A stretch of DNA of 64,000 nucleotides from an uncultured bacterium. GTDB lineage: Bacteria > Lernaellota > Lernaellaia > JACKCT01. A model generated the notes under the pieces. That model saw nothing but the letters and a program-made list of their open reading frames with translations, was not told the origin of the DNA and did no database searches. Positions 9,404 to 18,242 of the stretch are shown piece after piece. A program made the position numbers and the translations under genes. The stretch lies in the NCBI GenBank assembly GCA_964591275.1, contig CAZQAE010000023.1:6333-70332 (forward strand). Direction: 5' to 3'. Each line of letters opens with the position of its first letter. Position 1 is the stretch's first letter.

Positions 9404-12400
9404 ATGCGAACGCCGGTAATTTTTTGGACTTTGCTTTTGGCTTGCCTGCTTTCTTTTTCTATTTCGTGCGGCGGAGGCGGAGACGACGATGATTCCGATG
9501 ATGACGATGCTGGGGAAAGCGAATACGGGGCCTGCTGCGTCGATGGCGCCTGCTCAGTGACAACATACGCTGATTGTTCCGGTTCCTGGCAGGGACCGGG
9601 CACGAATTGCGATCCTAATCCGTGCGTTGACGACGACGTGGATGATGACGTTGACGACGATGTTGATGACGACGCGGATGATGACGTTGACGACGATGTT
9701 GATGACGACGCGGATGATGATACGGACGACGACACAGACGATGATGCGGACGATGACGTAGATGATGATGACACAACGGAGCCGACAACAACGACGACTG
9801 TCGAACCAACGACCACAACGACGCAGGAGCCGACCACGACGACCACGGTTGCACCGACGACAACAACGACGCAGGAGCCAACCACGACGACCACGGTTGC
9901 GCCAACAACCACAACGACGCAGGAGCCGACCACGACGACCACGGTTGAGCCAACAACCACAACAACCACGCAGGAACCGACCACAACGACAATTGTCACA
10001 ACAACTTCGACAACAACCACGACAGGGAATCCCGACGCCGAGGAAGTTATCGTGCCTGCAGGTACTTTTTGGATGGGTTGCGAACCGGACGACTCTGAAT
10101 GTGAATTAAATCCGAACGAACATCCTCGACACGAAGTAGAAATGTCGGAATACTACATTGACGTGTTTGAAGTAACCAATGAGAAATACGCCCAATACAT
10201 GAACCTGCATAATCCTTTGAATGATTGCTATGACTACACATGTGTGGAATCGTCTCATAAGGCCAGTAGCAAAGGGATATATGAGGAAAGCGGAGTCTGG
10301 ATGGTTGACGAAAGATATGAGTCTCGTCCTGTAGTTGGCGTAACATGGTATGGTGCGTTAGCGTATTGCGAAGCACAGGATAAGTCTTTGCCGACAGAAG
10401 CGCAATGGGAAAAAGCGGCAAAAGGTGGAGATGAGCATTACATCTATCCCTGGGGTAATACATGGAACTATTATTCGACTAACTGGGCCAATCAGATGGA
10501 CGAATATGAAAGAATTTCAGAGTTGCCGAAGACAACTCCAGTGGGTTATTTTAATGGCGACATTTATGATGAAGGTACTATGTGGGAATACCAAACCATG
10601 GATGGACGCAGTCCTTACGGAGCACATGACATGCTCGGCAATGTTGACGAATGGGTCTATGATAGCTATCAAGCTGATTACTATTCTCAAACGCCCGCTG
10701 GAGGTTGGGTAGATCCTGTTGGCCCGGATGAAGTCAACCGCAAGGTATTTAAGGGAGGTAACTGGAATAATTCAAATCCAAGCTGGGAACAGAGAAACAG
10801 CCTTAGAGAAAATGAGCTTTCTTTTGATTCCAATGGTAGAATCGGTTTTCGATGTGCATTTGCCTCACCAACGACTACTTCCACAACAACGACTACGATT
10901 GCACCAACAACGACAACCACGGTTGCACCGACGACCACAACCACGCAGGAACCGACCACGACAACCACGGTTGCGCCAACAACCACAACGACGCAGGATC
11001 CAACCACGACGACCACGGTTGCGCCAACAACCACAACGACGCAGAATCCGACCACAACAACTATCGAGACTACAACGACGACGGTTGCGCCGACCACGAC
11101 CACGACGACCACGTCCACAACGACAACAACGGCGTGTCCGGGATGTTACATTGGAGAGACTTGTTTGGCGGAAGATGAGGTTAATCCCGACAATATCTGC
11201 GAAATATGCAAACCCGATCAGGATCGCTTCGACTGGTCCTCAAACGACGGCGAATTGTGTGACGATGAAGAATTCTGCAACGGAACGGATGCCTGCCTGG
11301 AGCGCACTTGTTCCGATCATTCAGGCGACCCCTGCCCGGATGATGGCTTATGGTGCACCGGTGTGGAAGGCTGCAACGACATTCTTGAAGAATGTGAGCA
11401 GCTCAACATCCCGGAATGTCCTGATGACAACCTGTTCTGTACCGGAAATGAATTCTGCGACGAGGTAAATGATCTGTGCGACAGCGAAGGCGATCCATGC
11501 GAAGATGGAACGATTTGCGATGAAGAGAACAATGTTTGCGTGACGACAACGACGACGACAAGCACATCCACTTCGACAACGACAACCGTTGAAACTACAA
11601 CAACCACGACCCAGGAACCAACCACGACGACTACAGTAGAACCGACCACAACAACCACGACAGGGAATCCCGACGACGAGGAGGTTTCCGTGCCCGAGGG
11701 CGCATTCCAGATGGGTTGCGAGCCGGAGGATGAAAATTGCTCAAATAATGAATCGCCCCGCCACGAGGTCTGGTTGTCCGCGTATTCCATCGATACATAC
11801 GAAGTGACCAACGAAAGTTACGCGGAGTTTCTGACTTGGCACGGCAACGTCTGCGAGGGGTACGGGTGCGTGGGTGCGGATTCTTCTTCTCTGCGCCTCA
11901 GCGAATCCGACGGCGTCTGGTCAGTCGATTCCGGTTATGAAGATCATCCTCTGGTAGAAGTGACTTGGTACGGCGCAAGGGCTTATTGCGAGTCGCAAGG
12001 CAAGCGTTTGCCGACGGAAGCCGAGTGGGAAAAGGCCGCCAAGGGCGCTGCGGAACACTACATCTACCCTTGGGGCGACACGATGATCACCAATGCCGCA
12101 AATTACAGGGACTCCGGCGACCCCTACGATAATGATACGACGCCGGTTGGATACTTCGACGGCAGCGACCACGGCGGCGCGTATCAGACAACTGATGGAC
12201 GCAGTCCTTATGGCGCGCACGATATGGCTGGCAATGTGTGGGAATGGGTGAACGACTGGTACTCGTCAACCTACTATTCCACCAGCCCATCAACCGATCC
12301 TCCGGGACCGGTTTCCGGTGGGTACCGTGTTTTGCGCGGCGGTTGCCGGGGCTATGGTTTCATGTACCTGCGTGCGTCGGACCGGGCCTCGGGCGTCCCT

Positions 12401-12445
12401 CGCAACACGTACGGCTACTACGGGTTCCGTTGTTCCCGGGACTGA
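9404..12445 (+). CDS. 1013-aa secreted lipoprotein with a polyAsp linker, three Thr/Pro mucin-like repeat blocks, a Cys-rich module and two SUMF1/FGE-sulfatase-fold domains
   Basis: Signal/lipobox is LLSFSISC followed by GGGGDDDDSDDDD. Repeats are (EPTTTTTV/APTTTTTQ)n. FGE-fold motifs occur twice: PAGTFWMGCEP...RHEV...VTWYGALAYCEAQDKSLPTEAQWEKAAKG...YPWGN...GAHDMLGNVDEWV...FRC, and again around 11690-12440. Confidence 0.75.
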   Translation: MRTPVIFWTLLLACLLSFSISCGGGGDDDDSDDDDAGESEYGACCVDGACSVTTYADCSGSWQGPGTNCDPNPCVDDDVDDDVDDDVDDDADDDVDDDVDDDADDDTDDDTDDDADDDVDDDDTTEPTTTTTVEPTTTTTQEPTTTTTVAPTTTTTQEPTTTTTVAPTTTTTQEPTTTTTVEPTTTTTTQEPTTTTIVTTTSTTTTTGNPDAEEVIVPAGTFWMGCEPDDSECELNPNEHPRHEVEMSEYYIDVFEVTNEKYAQYMNLHNPLNDCYDYTCVESSHKASSKGIYEESGVWMVDERYESRPVVGVTWYGALAYCEAQDKSLPTEAQWEKAAKGGDEHYIYPWGNTWNYYSTNWANQMDEYERISELPKTTPVGYFNGDIYDEGTMWEYQTMDGRSPYGAHDMLGNVDEWVYDSYQADYYSQTPAGGWVDPVGPDEVNRKVFKGGNWNNSNPSWEQRNSLRENELSFDSNGRIGFRCAFASPTTTSTTTTTIAPTTTTTVAPTTTTTQEPTTTTTVAPTTTTTQDPTTTTTVAPTTTTTQNPTTTTIETTTTTVAPTTTTTTTSTTTTTACPGCYIGETCLAEDEVNPDNICEICKPDQDRFDWSSNDGELCDDEEFCNGTDACLERTCSDHSGDPCPDDGLWCTGVEGCNDILEECEQLNIPECPDDNLFCTGNEFCDEVNDLCDSEGDPCEDGTICDEENNVCVTTTTTTSTSTSTTTTVETTTTTTQEPTTTTTVEPTTTTTTGNPDDEEVSVPEGAFQMGCEPEDENCSNNESPRHEVWLSAYSIDTYEVTNESYAEFLTWHGNVCEGYGCVGADSSSLRLSESDGVWSVDSGYEDHPLVEVTWYGARAYCESQGKRLPTEAEWEKAAKGAAEHYIYPWGDTMITNAANYRDSGDPYDNDTTPVGYFDGSDHGGAYQTTDGRSPYGAHDMAGNVWEWVNDWYSSTYYSTSPSTDPPGPVSGGYRVLRGGCRGYGFMYLRASDRASGVPRNTYGYYGFRCSRD
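9771..10025 (+). repeat. Tandem 48-bp coding repeats (Thr/Pro-rich linker block 1)
   Basis: Reiterated ccgaccacgacgaccacggttgcgccaacaaccacaacgacgcaggag units. Block 2 lies at about 10863-11135 and block 3 at about 11540-11665. Confidence 0.8.
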
Positions 12446-12482
12446 TTTACCCTTGAGCTCTTTTACCCTTTGAAAGGGGTTT

Positions 12483-12503
12483 CCAAAGGGGTATCCCCTT
12501 TGG
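12483..12503 (+). other. Perfect 9-bp-stem hairpin CCAAAGGGG-TAT-CCCCTTTGG, 38 nt after the stop of the 9404 gene; no U-tract follows
   Basis: Read directly from the sequence. A second near-palindrome, CCCTTTGAAAGGGG, lies at 12466-12479. Confidence 0.6.
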
Positions 12504-12619
12504 TGGGACTTGGGGCGAAGATGAGAATCTTCATTTCAAGGGCGATGCCCGCCCCTACGGCGCAGCCTGGGACATTGGCGCTGATGAATGGACGCCGTGA
12601 TGGGTTTCTTTTTGCAGTT

Positions 12620-12631
12620 TGTCAATTGACA
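12620..12631 (+). promoter_or_regulatory. Perfect 12-bp palindrome TGTCAATTGACA (candidate dimeric protein-binding site)
   Basis: It is self-complementary and located in the non-coding stretch between the hairpins and repeat copy 2. Confidence 0.3.
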
Positions 12632-12762
12632 GATTTTCGGCGAATTTTCGTGCATTGAAACAAATTTTCCGGCACTGAAAACAACTTTGAAAGCGCCGTA
12701 AGTGATTGAAATAGTGGCAATGTGGCGTAATACCAGAGTTTTTCTCATTTCATCGATTCGCT

Positions 12763-12785
12763 TTCGAACCCCGTCGCCCGCTAAA
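12763..12785 (+). repeat. Copy 2 of the 23-bp direct repeat TTCGAACCCCGTCGCCCGCTAAA
   Basis: There is an exact match to 8901-8923. It is flanked by TTTTTCTCATTT (12740-12751) and TTTTTCTTATTTT (12826-12838). Confidence 0.8.
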
Positions 12786-12913
12786 GCGAAAAGGCCGGTA
12801 ACTACTGAAAGTTGCTGGCTTTTTCTTATTTTGCCCTTCGGAAACCTGTTGGTTTGCAACGAGTTTTCTACTAAAGTCGGCGATACTGACTCGCCGCCGC
12901 GATCACCGTCGAG

Positions 12914-13396
12914 TTGCGGCATTATATTCCGCAGGTCCGTCGCGTCATCGATCAGGCCGAACGCCGCGTACTCAAGGGTGAGACCCTCCCGCCCGCGGAG
13001 AAGCTCGTCTCCATCTTCGAGCCGCATACCGACATTATCGTCAAGGATCGGCGGGATACATACTTCGAACACAAGGTCGTGCTCACCGGCGGCGCTTCGG
13101 ATCTGCTCACCGATCTCGTTGTCGAAAAAGGCAATCCGGCGGACTCAAGTCTGGCCGAAAAGATGATCGTTCGGCAAAAAGAGATTTACGGACGTGCGCC
13201 GCGTCAGGCCGCCTTCGACGGCGGCTTTGCCTCCAAGGACAACCTGAAGGACATCAAGGCGCTCGACGTCAAAGACGTCGCCTTCCACAAGAAACGGGGA
13301 CTGAAGATCGACGACATGGCGAAGAGCGCCTGAGTCTATAAGCGCCTGCACAATTTCCGCACCGGAATCGAGGGCAAAGCTGCACGCAAAGCATGA
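12914..13396 (+). pseudogene. IS4/IS5-superfamily DDE transposase fragment, with no N-terminal third and an in-frame TGA at 13331
   Basis: The DxG(F/Y) box is AAFDGGFASKDNLKDI. After the internal stop the same frame continues as VYKRLHNFRTGIEGK, resembling the C-terminal YK..R..IE signature. Confidence 0.6.
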
Positions 13397-13622
13397 ATCC
13401 AATAGGGAGATGGCGCACCGGCAAGGCTCAATCAACGATTATTGCGCCTCATGCGACAACCGCATCAGCCAATCGGACTGCCCGGTCGCTCGAAAACCCC
13501 CATTACGGGACAGGAACTTATTAATTTTTTCTTTTCACAATTCTTTTGCTTTCGGGTATAATTTCGATGGCTCACGGTGAAAATTGTCTGTTGTGAATAT
13601 TTCACTCGGAGGTGATTGCGTT

Positions 13623-14522
13623 ATGAGTCCAAACCCTGCTCAGTTCCTTAACCTGGAACCTGAATTCACCAATCCAAAATTGGCCCAAACGGTTATTCTG
13701 CCCGTTCCTTACGAGGGAGGCGCCTCGCATGGAAAGGGCGCAGCGAACGGTCCGAGGGCCATTATCGAGGTTTCACGCAATATTGAACTCTACGATGAAG
13801 TCTACGGAAAAGAGATTCACACTGGCGGTATCGCAACATTAGCGCCTGTCGATACATCAGGAGATCCCCGGACAGTTATGGAAAATATCCGGGCGGAGGC
13901 GGCGAAGTGGATGAAAAACGGTAAATTCCTTATCGGTATCGGCGGAGATCATTCTGTCACCTTCGGCCTGTTTGGCGGCGTTCAAGAAGCGCATCCTGAC
14001 ATAGCGTGCATCCAGATCGATGCCCGCCCGGATTTGCGTAATATCTATGCGAATGATCCGCTCAGCCATGTCTGCGTGATGTCGCGGATTCGCGAACTTA
14101 AGGCCCAGACTCTTCACCTCGGCATTCGAAGCATGAACGCCGCTGAAGCGCAGCGTATTAAAAACGAGAAAATCGAAACCGTACGAATGCAGGAGTTCTA
14201 TCAGAAAAAAGTGGATATCGGAAGAATCCTGGCCACGATCGGCGAGCGGGTTTATCTCACTATTGACTTGGGTTGCCTGGATTGGTCGGTTATCCGCTCA
14301 ACCGGCACGCTGGAGCCGGGAGGCTTCACCTGGCGTGAAATGCTTGAGCTTCTCGATATGATTTTCAAAGACAAGAATGTTGTGGCCTGCGACGTGATGG
14401 AACTGGCTCCAAAAGAAAACGACGTCAACTCGGCCTTCGCCGCTGCCCGGCTCGTTTTCAAGCTCATCGCCATGAAGCACAGTATCGAGCACATTGTCCG
14501 CATGGATGGCCTGGTCATTTAA
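13623..14522 (+). CDS. Arginase/agmatinase-family ureohydrolase
   Basis: The manganese-ligand motifs GGDHSVT and DARPD are present, with an RBS GGAGGTGA 11 nt upstream of ATG 13623. The track ORF starts at 13584. Confidence 0.8.
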   Translation: MSPNPAQFLNLEPEFTNPKLAQTVILPVPYEGGASHGKGAANGPRAIIEVSRNIELYDEVYGKEIHTGGIATLAPVDTSGDPRTVMENIRAEAAKWMKNGKFLIGIGGDHSVTFGLFGGVQEAHPDIACIQIDARPDLRNIYANDPLSHVCVMSRIRELKAQTLHLGIRSMNAAEAQRIKNEKIETVRMQEFYQKKVDIGRILATIGERVYLTIDLGCLDWSVIRSTGTLEPGGFTWREMLELLDMIFKDKNVVACDVMELAPKENDVNSAFAAARLVFKLIAMKHSIEHIVRMDGLVI

Positions 14523-14631
14523 AGCGTCCGAAAAATAGCGAGGGCATCTCTTTTCACTTTGGGTCATGGCATAATTCTGTCTGTTCATGTATAGGCAAAT
14601 ATGGTTTGAATTGCTTTCCAGGAGTCTTCAT

Positions 14632-15879
14632 ATGTCCAATCCTTTACAACTCGACAAATCTCAGGCGCTTTACACGCAGGCCAAAAACTTGATTCCCGGC
14701 GGCATGCTGGGCATTCGTCGCCCGTATAATTTCGTGCCCGATGAATATCCCGTCTTCATCGCCTCGGGCAAAGGCGGTCGCGTGACGGACGTGGACGGCA
14801 ACGAATACGTCGATATGCTTTGTTCCTACGGCCCGATCATCCTCGGGCATTGTGAAAAAGAGATCGACGACGCGGTCATTGAGCACATCCGATCAAGCGG
14901 TTTCTGCTTTTCCCTCGTTCACGAATCCCAGAATCGCCTGGTCGAAACCCTGCGTCGCGTCATCCCATGCTGCGAAATGGGCATCATCGTCAAAACAGGC
15001 TCGGACGCCACAACGTGCGCGGTGCGCATTTCCCGCGGATTTACGAAAAAACTCAAGGTGCTGCGTTGCGGCTATCACGGCTGGCACGACTGGTGCGTCG
15101 AAGTGAAAGGCGGCGTCCCGCCAAAACTTTACGAGGACACGCACGAGTTTCCTTACAACGATCTGGACGCCCTGGAGGCGCTCCTGAAAGAACATTCGGG
15201 CGATGTGGCGTGCGTGATTATTACTCCCGTCGGCCATCCTTTGGCGCGGCCGGTCGAAGCGCCGAAACCGGGTTATCTCGAAGGCGTCCGCGAACTGGCC
15301 GACCGGCACGAGTGCGTCCTCGTGTTCGACGAAATCCGCACCGGTTTCCGGGCCGCTTTGGGCGGGGCGCAGGAGCGTTACGGCGTGACGCCGGATTTGG
15401 CCACGGTGGGCAAAGCTATGGCCAACGGCTATCCCATCGCGGCGGTGGTGGGCAAATCGGATATCATGCGCATCGCCGAAAAAGAGGTCTTCATTTCCAG
15501 CACGTATTTCCCCAACAGCACCGAGACGATCGCCGCCCTCAAAACAATAGAAATCCTCGAACGTGAGAACGTCATGGATGGCATCTGGCGACGCGGCGAG
15601 GATTTCCTGAATCGCTTGCGCGCCATCGCGGAAGGCAGCGCAACAGACGCGCATGTTTCGGGAATACCGCCAATGCCCTTCGTGACCTTCCCGTCGAAGC
15701 AAGACAAGTCCCATAAATGGCAACGAAAAACTTTTTATACAGAGTTGATCCGGCGCGGCGTCTTCATGCAGCCCTTTCACCACAGCTACATCGCCTGGCG
15801 GCATACGGATGCGGATCTTGAGCAGGTGCTGGGCGCGGCGGAAGAAGCGCTGAAAGTTGTGGCAAAAGGGCATTCGTAA
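14632..15879 (+). CDS. Class-III (PLP) aminotransferase, glutamate-1-semialdehyde 2,1-aminomutase (HemL)-like
   Basis: The N-terminus (AKNLIPGGMLGIRRP...GGRVTDVDGNEYVDMLCSYGPIILGH) and the PLP lysine region (ATVGKAMANGYP) fit this family. An RBS AGGAG lies 7 nt upstream of ATG 14632. Confidence 0.8.
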   Translation: MSNPLQLDKSQALYTQAKNLIPGGMLGIRRPYNFVPDEYPVFIASGKGGRVTDVDGNEYVDMLCSYGPIILGHCEKEIDDAVIEHIRSSGFCFSLVHESQNRLVETLRRVIPCCEMGIIVKTGSDATTCAVRISRGFTKKLKVLRCGYHGWHDWCVEVKGGVPPKLYEDTHEFPYNDLDALEALLKEHSGDVACVIITPVGHPLARPVEAPKPGYLEGVRELADRHECVLVFDEIRTGFRAALGGAQERYGVTPDLATVGKAMANGYPIAAVVGKSDIMRIAEKEVFISSTYFPNSTETIAALKTIEILERENVMDGIWRRGEDFLNRLRAIAEGSATDAHVSGIPPMPFVTFPSKQDKSHKWQRKTFYTELIRRGVFMQPFHHSYIAWRHTDADLEQVLGAAEEALKVVAKGHS

Positions 15880-16048
15880 GATGGATTTGTTAGCCGACCT
15901 TAACTATTAAACACCGTCATTTTGATCATCGTTGATCCTGGTTGAAAAAAGTTGCCTTTGCCGACAACCGCTTGGTTTTCACTTTCGAAATCCTGTGCTA
16001 TGAGTTAGCGGTGTACCGAATTCAATAATTTAAATCGGGCGGGGAAAA

Positions 16049-17095
16049 ATGGCTGAGAAGATCAAACTTGGCGGGATTCTTTTAGACGCCGGCATCATTC
16101 AAGAAGATCATATCGAGAAAGCATTGGCGAAGCAGAAAGAGTTGGGCCTCCGTTTCGGCGAAGCCCTTCTGAAGCTCGGCGCCATTAAAGCCGAAGACAT
16201 TGCCTGGGCTTTGTCGCAGCAACTCGATATTCCACTGATTCACGTGAGCGCCTCATCAGTTGATATCAATGCCGTTGCCCTGGTTCCGATTGAAATCGCC
16301 AAAAAGCATACACTCGTTCCCTACCTGTTGATGGAAGACGAACTGACCATCATCATAGACGATCCTTTCAAGGAAGATGCCGTAAAGGATGTTCAAGCTG
16401 TCAGCCGTCGCAAGGTGAATCTGGCCGTTGGCATGGCCGACGAAATTCTGGCGATCCTTGATGAAGTCTATGAAATGGCTTCATCTCATTTTGCCGATTC
16501 GGCTGCGCCCGGGCAGGCTGCCAAGCCGCGGATCAACATCGACAAGATCGTCAACGAAATCATCGAAAAGCCCGTATCCATGATCGATCTCGACCAGGAA
16601 GGCATGAGCGAGGCCATCGGCGAATTGGGTCAACGCAAACCTGAAGGAATATCCACCAAGCTTTCGGAAATATTTTTTGCCGAACCCAAACTCAGGATCG
16701 CCGTTGTGAAATCTCTGGCGCGAATAGGCGACAAAGTATCCGAAAAAATCCTCATCCCCGCCGCTAAATTCCAGGAAAACTTTACTTCCATGGGTCACAT
16801 CGTCAGCGCCTACAACAGGGATTACGAACTGCGCGACGCGGCATTGAAGGGCCTTGGGAATTTGGGGACAAAAAACGCCCGCTCAACCTTAAAATTAATG
16901 ATCCGCTGCTGGGCTTTCCCCTTATTCAGAATCTTCATGTTCCCGATTTTCAAATTGGGCAAAGTCCGTCCCATGATCGATACCGCGCGCAACTCATTGG
17001 TGCGCGTTGAAATGCGCTTGAATGAAGCCAAAGTGGCAAAAGACGAAGAGACGACTGACCCGAGAATGGGCGACGACAATTCTTCCAAGGAGTGA
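16049..17095 (+). CDS. MshEN (T2SSE_N)-domain protein with C-terminal HEAT-like repeats; a putative c-di-GMP receptor
   Basis: Two consecutive 24-residue MshEN-type motifs are present: KLGGILLDAGIIQEDHIEKALAKQ and RFGEALLKLGAIKAEDIAWALSQQ. HEAT-like repeats include AVVKSLARIGDKVSEKILIPAAK. The stop lies 4 nt before the pilT start. Confidence 0.7.
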   Translation: MAEKIKLGGILLDAGIIQEDHIEKALAKQKELGLRFGEALLKLGAIKAEDIAWALSQQLDIPLIHVSASSVDINAVALVPIEIAKKHTLVPYLLMEDELTIIIDDPFKEDAVKDVQAVSRRKVNLAVGMADEILAILDEVYEMASSHFADSAAPGQAAKPRINIDKIVNEIIEKPVSMIDLDQEGMSEAIGELGQRKPEGISTKLSEIFFAEPKLRIAVVKSLARIGDKVSEKILIPAAKFQENFTSMGHIVSAYNRDYELRDAALKGLGNLGTKNARSTLKLMIRCWAFPLFRIFMFPIFKLGKVRPMIDTARNSLVRVEMRLNEAKVAKDEETTDPRMGDDNSSKE

Positions 17096-17098
17096 TTA

Positions 17099-18195
17099 AT
17101 GCCTGTTATTGACCGATATTTTAAATTCGTCACCGAAAGCAATGCGAGCGATTTGCACCTCACAACGGGTTCTCCGCCCATGGTGCGTGTTCATGGCGAG
17201 TTGAAAAGCATCAACCACCCGCCTTTCAAAAACGAAGATCTGTATAAAATCATTACAGAGATAATGAATGATCGCGTGAGAAAGGAATTTGAGGAAAAAA
17301 ACAGGCCGACTTCATATATGTCCTTGGAGACGCGGGCCGATTTCGCTGCAACGCTTTCACGCAACGCGTTGGCGTCGGGTTTGTCTCACGACTGATTCCG
17401 AGCAAGGTTCTGAGCATGACGGACCTGAATATGCCCAAGGCCCTTTACGGATTCACCAAACTCACCAAAGGGCTCGTGGTCGTGACGGGACCCACGGGGT
17501 CGGGGAAATCGACGACCCTCGCCGCCATCATCAACGAAATCAACGAAAACCGGTGCGATCACATTCTTACTGTCGAGGATCCGATAGAATTCGTTCACAA
17601 GAACAAAAAGGCTTTGGTGAACCAGCGGCAAATCGGCGAAAATGTCGACTCGTTCAGCGACGCGCTCCGGGCCGCCTTGCGCGAAGACCCCGACATAATC
17701 CTCGTCGGCGAGATGCGTGATCTGGAAACAATTTCCCTGGCCATCTCCGCCGCGGAAACGGGCCATCTGGTTTTCGGAACCCTGCACACCAGCAGCGCCG
17801 TGAAAACCGTGGACCGCATCATCGATGCTTTTCCCGCAGACATGCAAGAGCAGATTCGGGTGATGCTTTCTGAGTCGCTCAAAGGCGTTGTGGCGCAGGT
17901 CCTTCTTCCAACGGCGGACGGCAAAGGGCGCATAGCCGCCCTGGAAATTCTCATGTCCACCCCGGCGCTGGCGAACATCATACGCGATAAAAAGTCTTTC
18001 CAGATTCCTTCGCTGATTCAGACCAGCAAGAGTATCGGCATGCAGCTCATGGACCAGGCGCTGACGGATCTGCTCGAAAGAAAGAAGATCCATGGCCTCG
18101 ACGCCTACATGGCCGCCGTGGACAAAAAGTCTTTCGTCCGCTTCCTGACTCCACAGGAAAAAGATCAAATCGGATTGAAGCCGGAGTTGAGCTAG
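17099..18195 (+). CDS. pilT: Twitching-motility ATPase PilT, interrupted by a single-base frameshift in an A7 run (17294-17300) and therefore split into two track ORFs
   Basis: The N-terminal ORF (SDLHLTTGSPPMVRVHGEL...IMNDRVRKEFEE) and the C-terminal ORF (VVVTGPTGSGKSTT...LVGEMRDLETI...GHLVFGTLHT) together cover full-length PilT. In frame 1 upstream of 17416 the reading is GKKQADFIYVLGDAGRFRCNAF...LIPSKVL, which is continuous with PilT. Confidence 0.85.
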
Positions 18196-18242
18196 CGCTG
18201 ACCGTGTTTTTTCTGCCAAACATCGAAGCTTGTTTGGTTAAT

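Noticed and set aside
9349-11811. Multiple long ORFs (e.g. 9349-10020 minus VVVVVG..., 9615-9992 minus, 9762-10109 plus, 10687-11118 minus, 10719-11468 plus, 11317-11811 minus) overlapping the 9404-12445 gene
   Set aside because: They are alternative-frame or antisense readings of the Thr/Pro and Asp tandem repeats (low-complexity poly-Val/poly-Arg/poly-His products). The sense frame has coherent signal peptide and domain content.
14893-15873. 326-aa minus-strand ORF covering the aminotransferase gene
   Set aside because: It is antisense to a well-supported HemL-like gene in GC-rich DNA and has no motifs. It is a typical high-GC antisense artefact. The same applies to 14967-15566 plus in another frame.
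17386-18219. 277-aa minus-strand ORF antisense to pilT
   Set aside because: It is an antisense artefact, since the sense strand encodes an unmistakable PilT ATPase.
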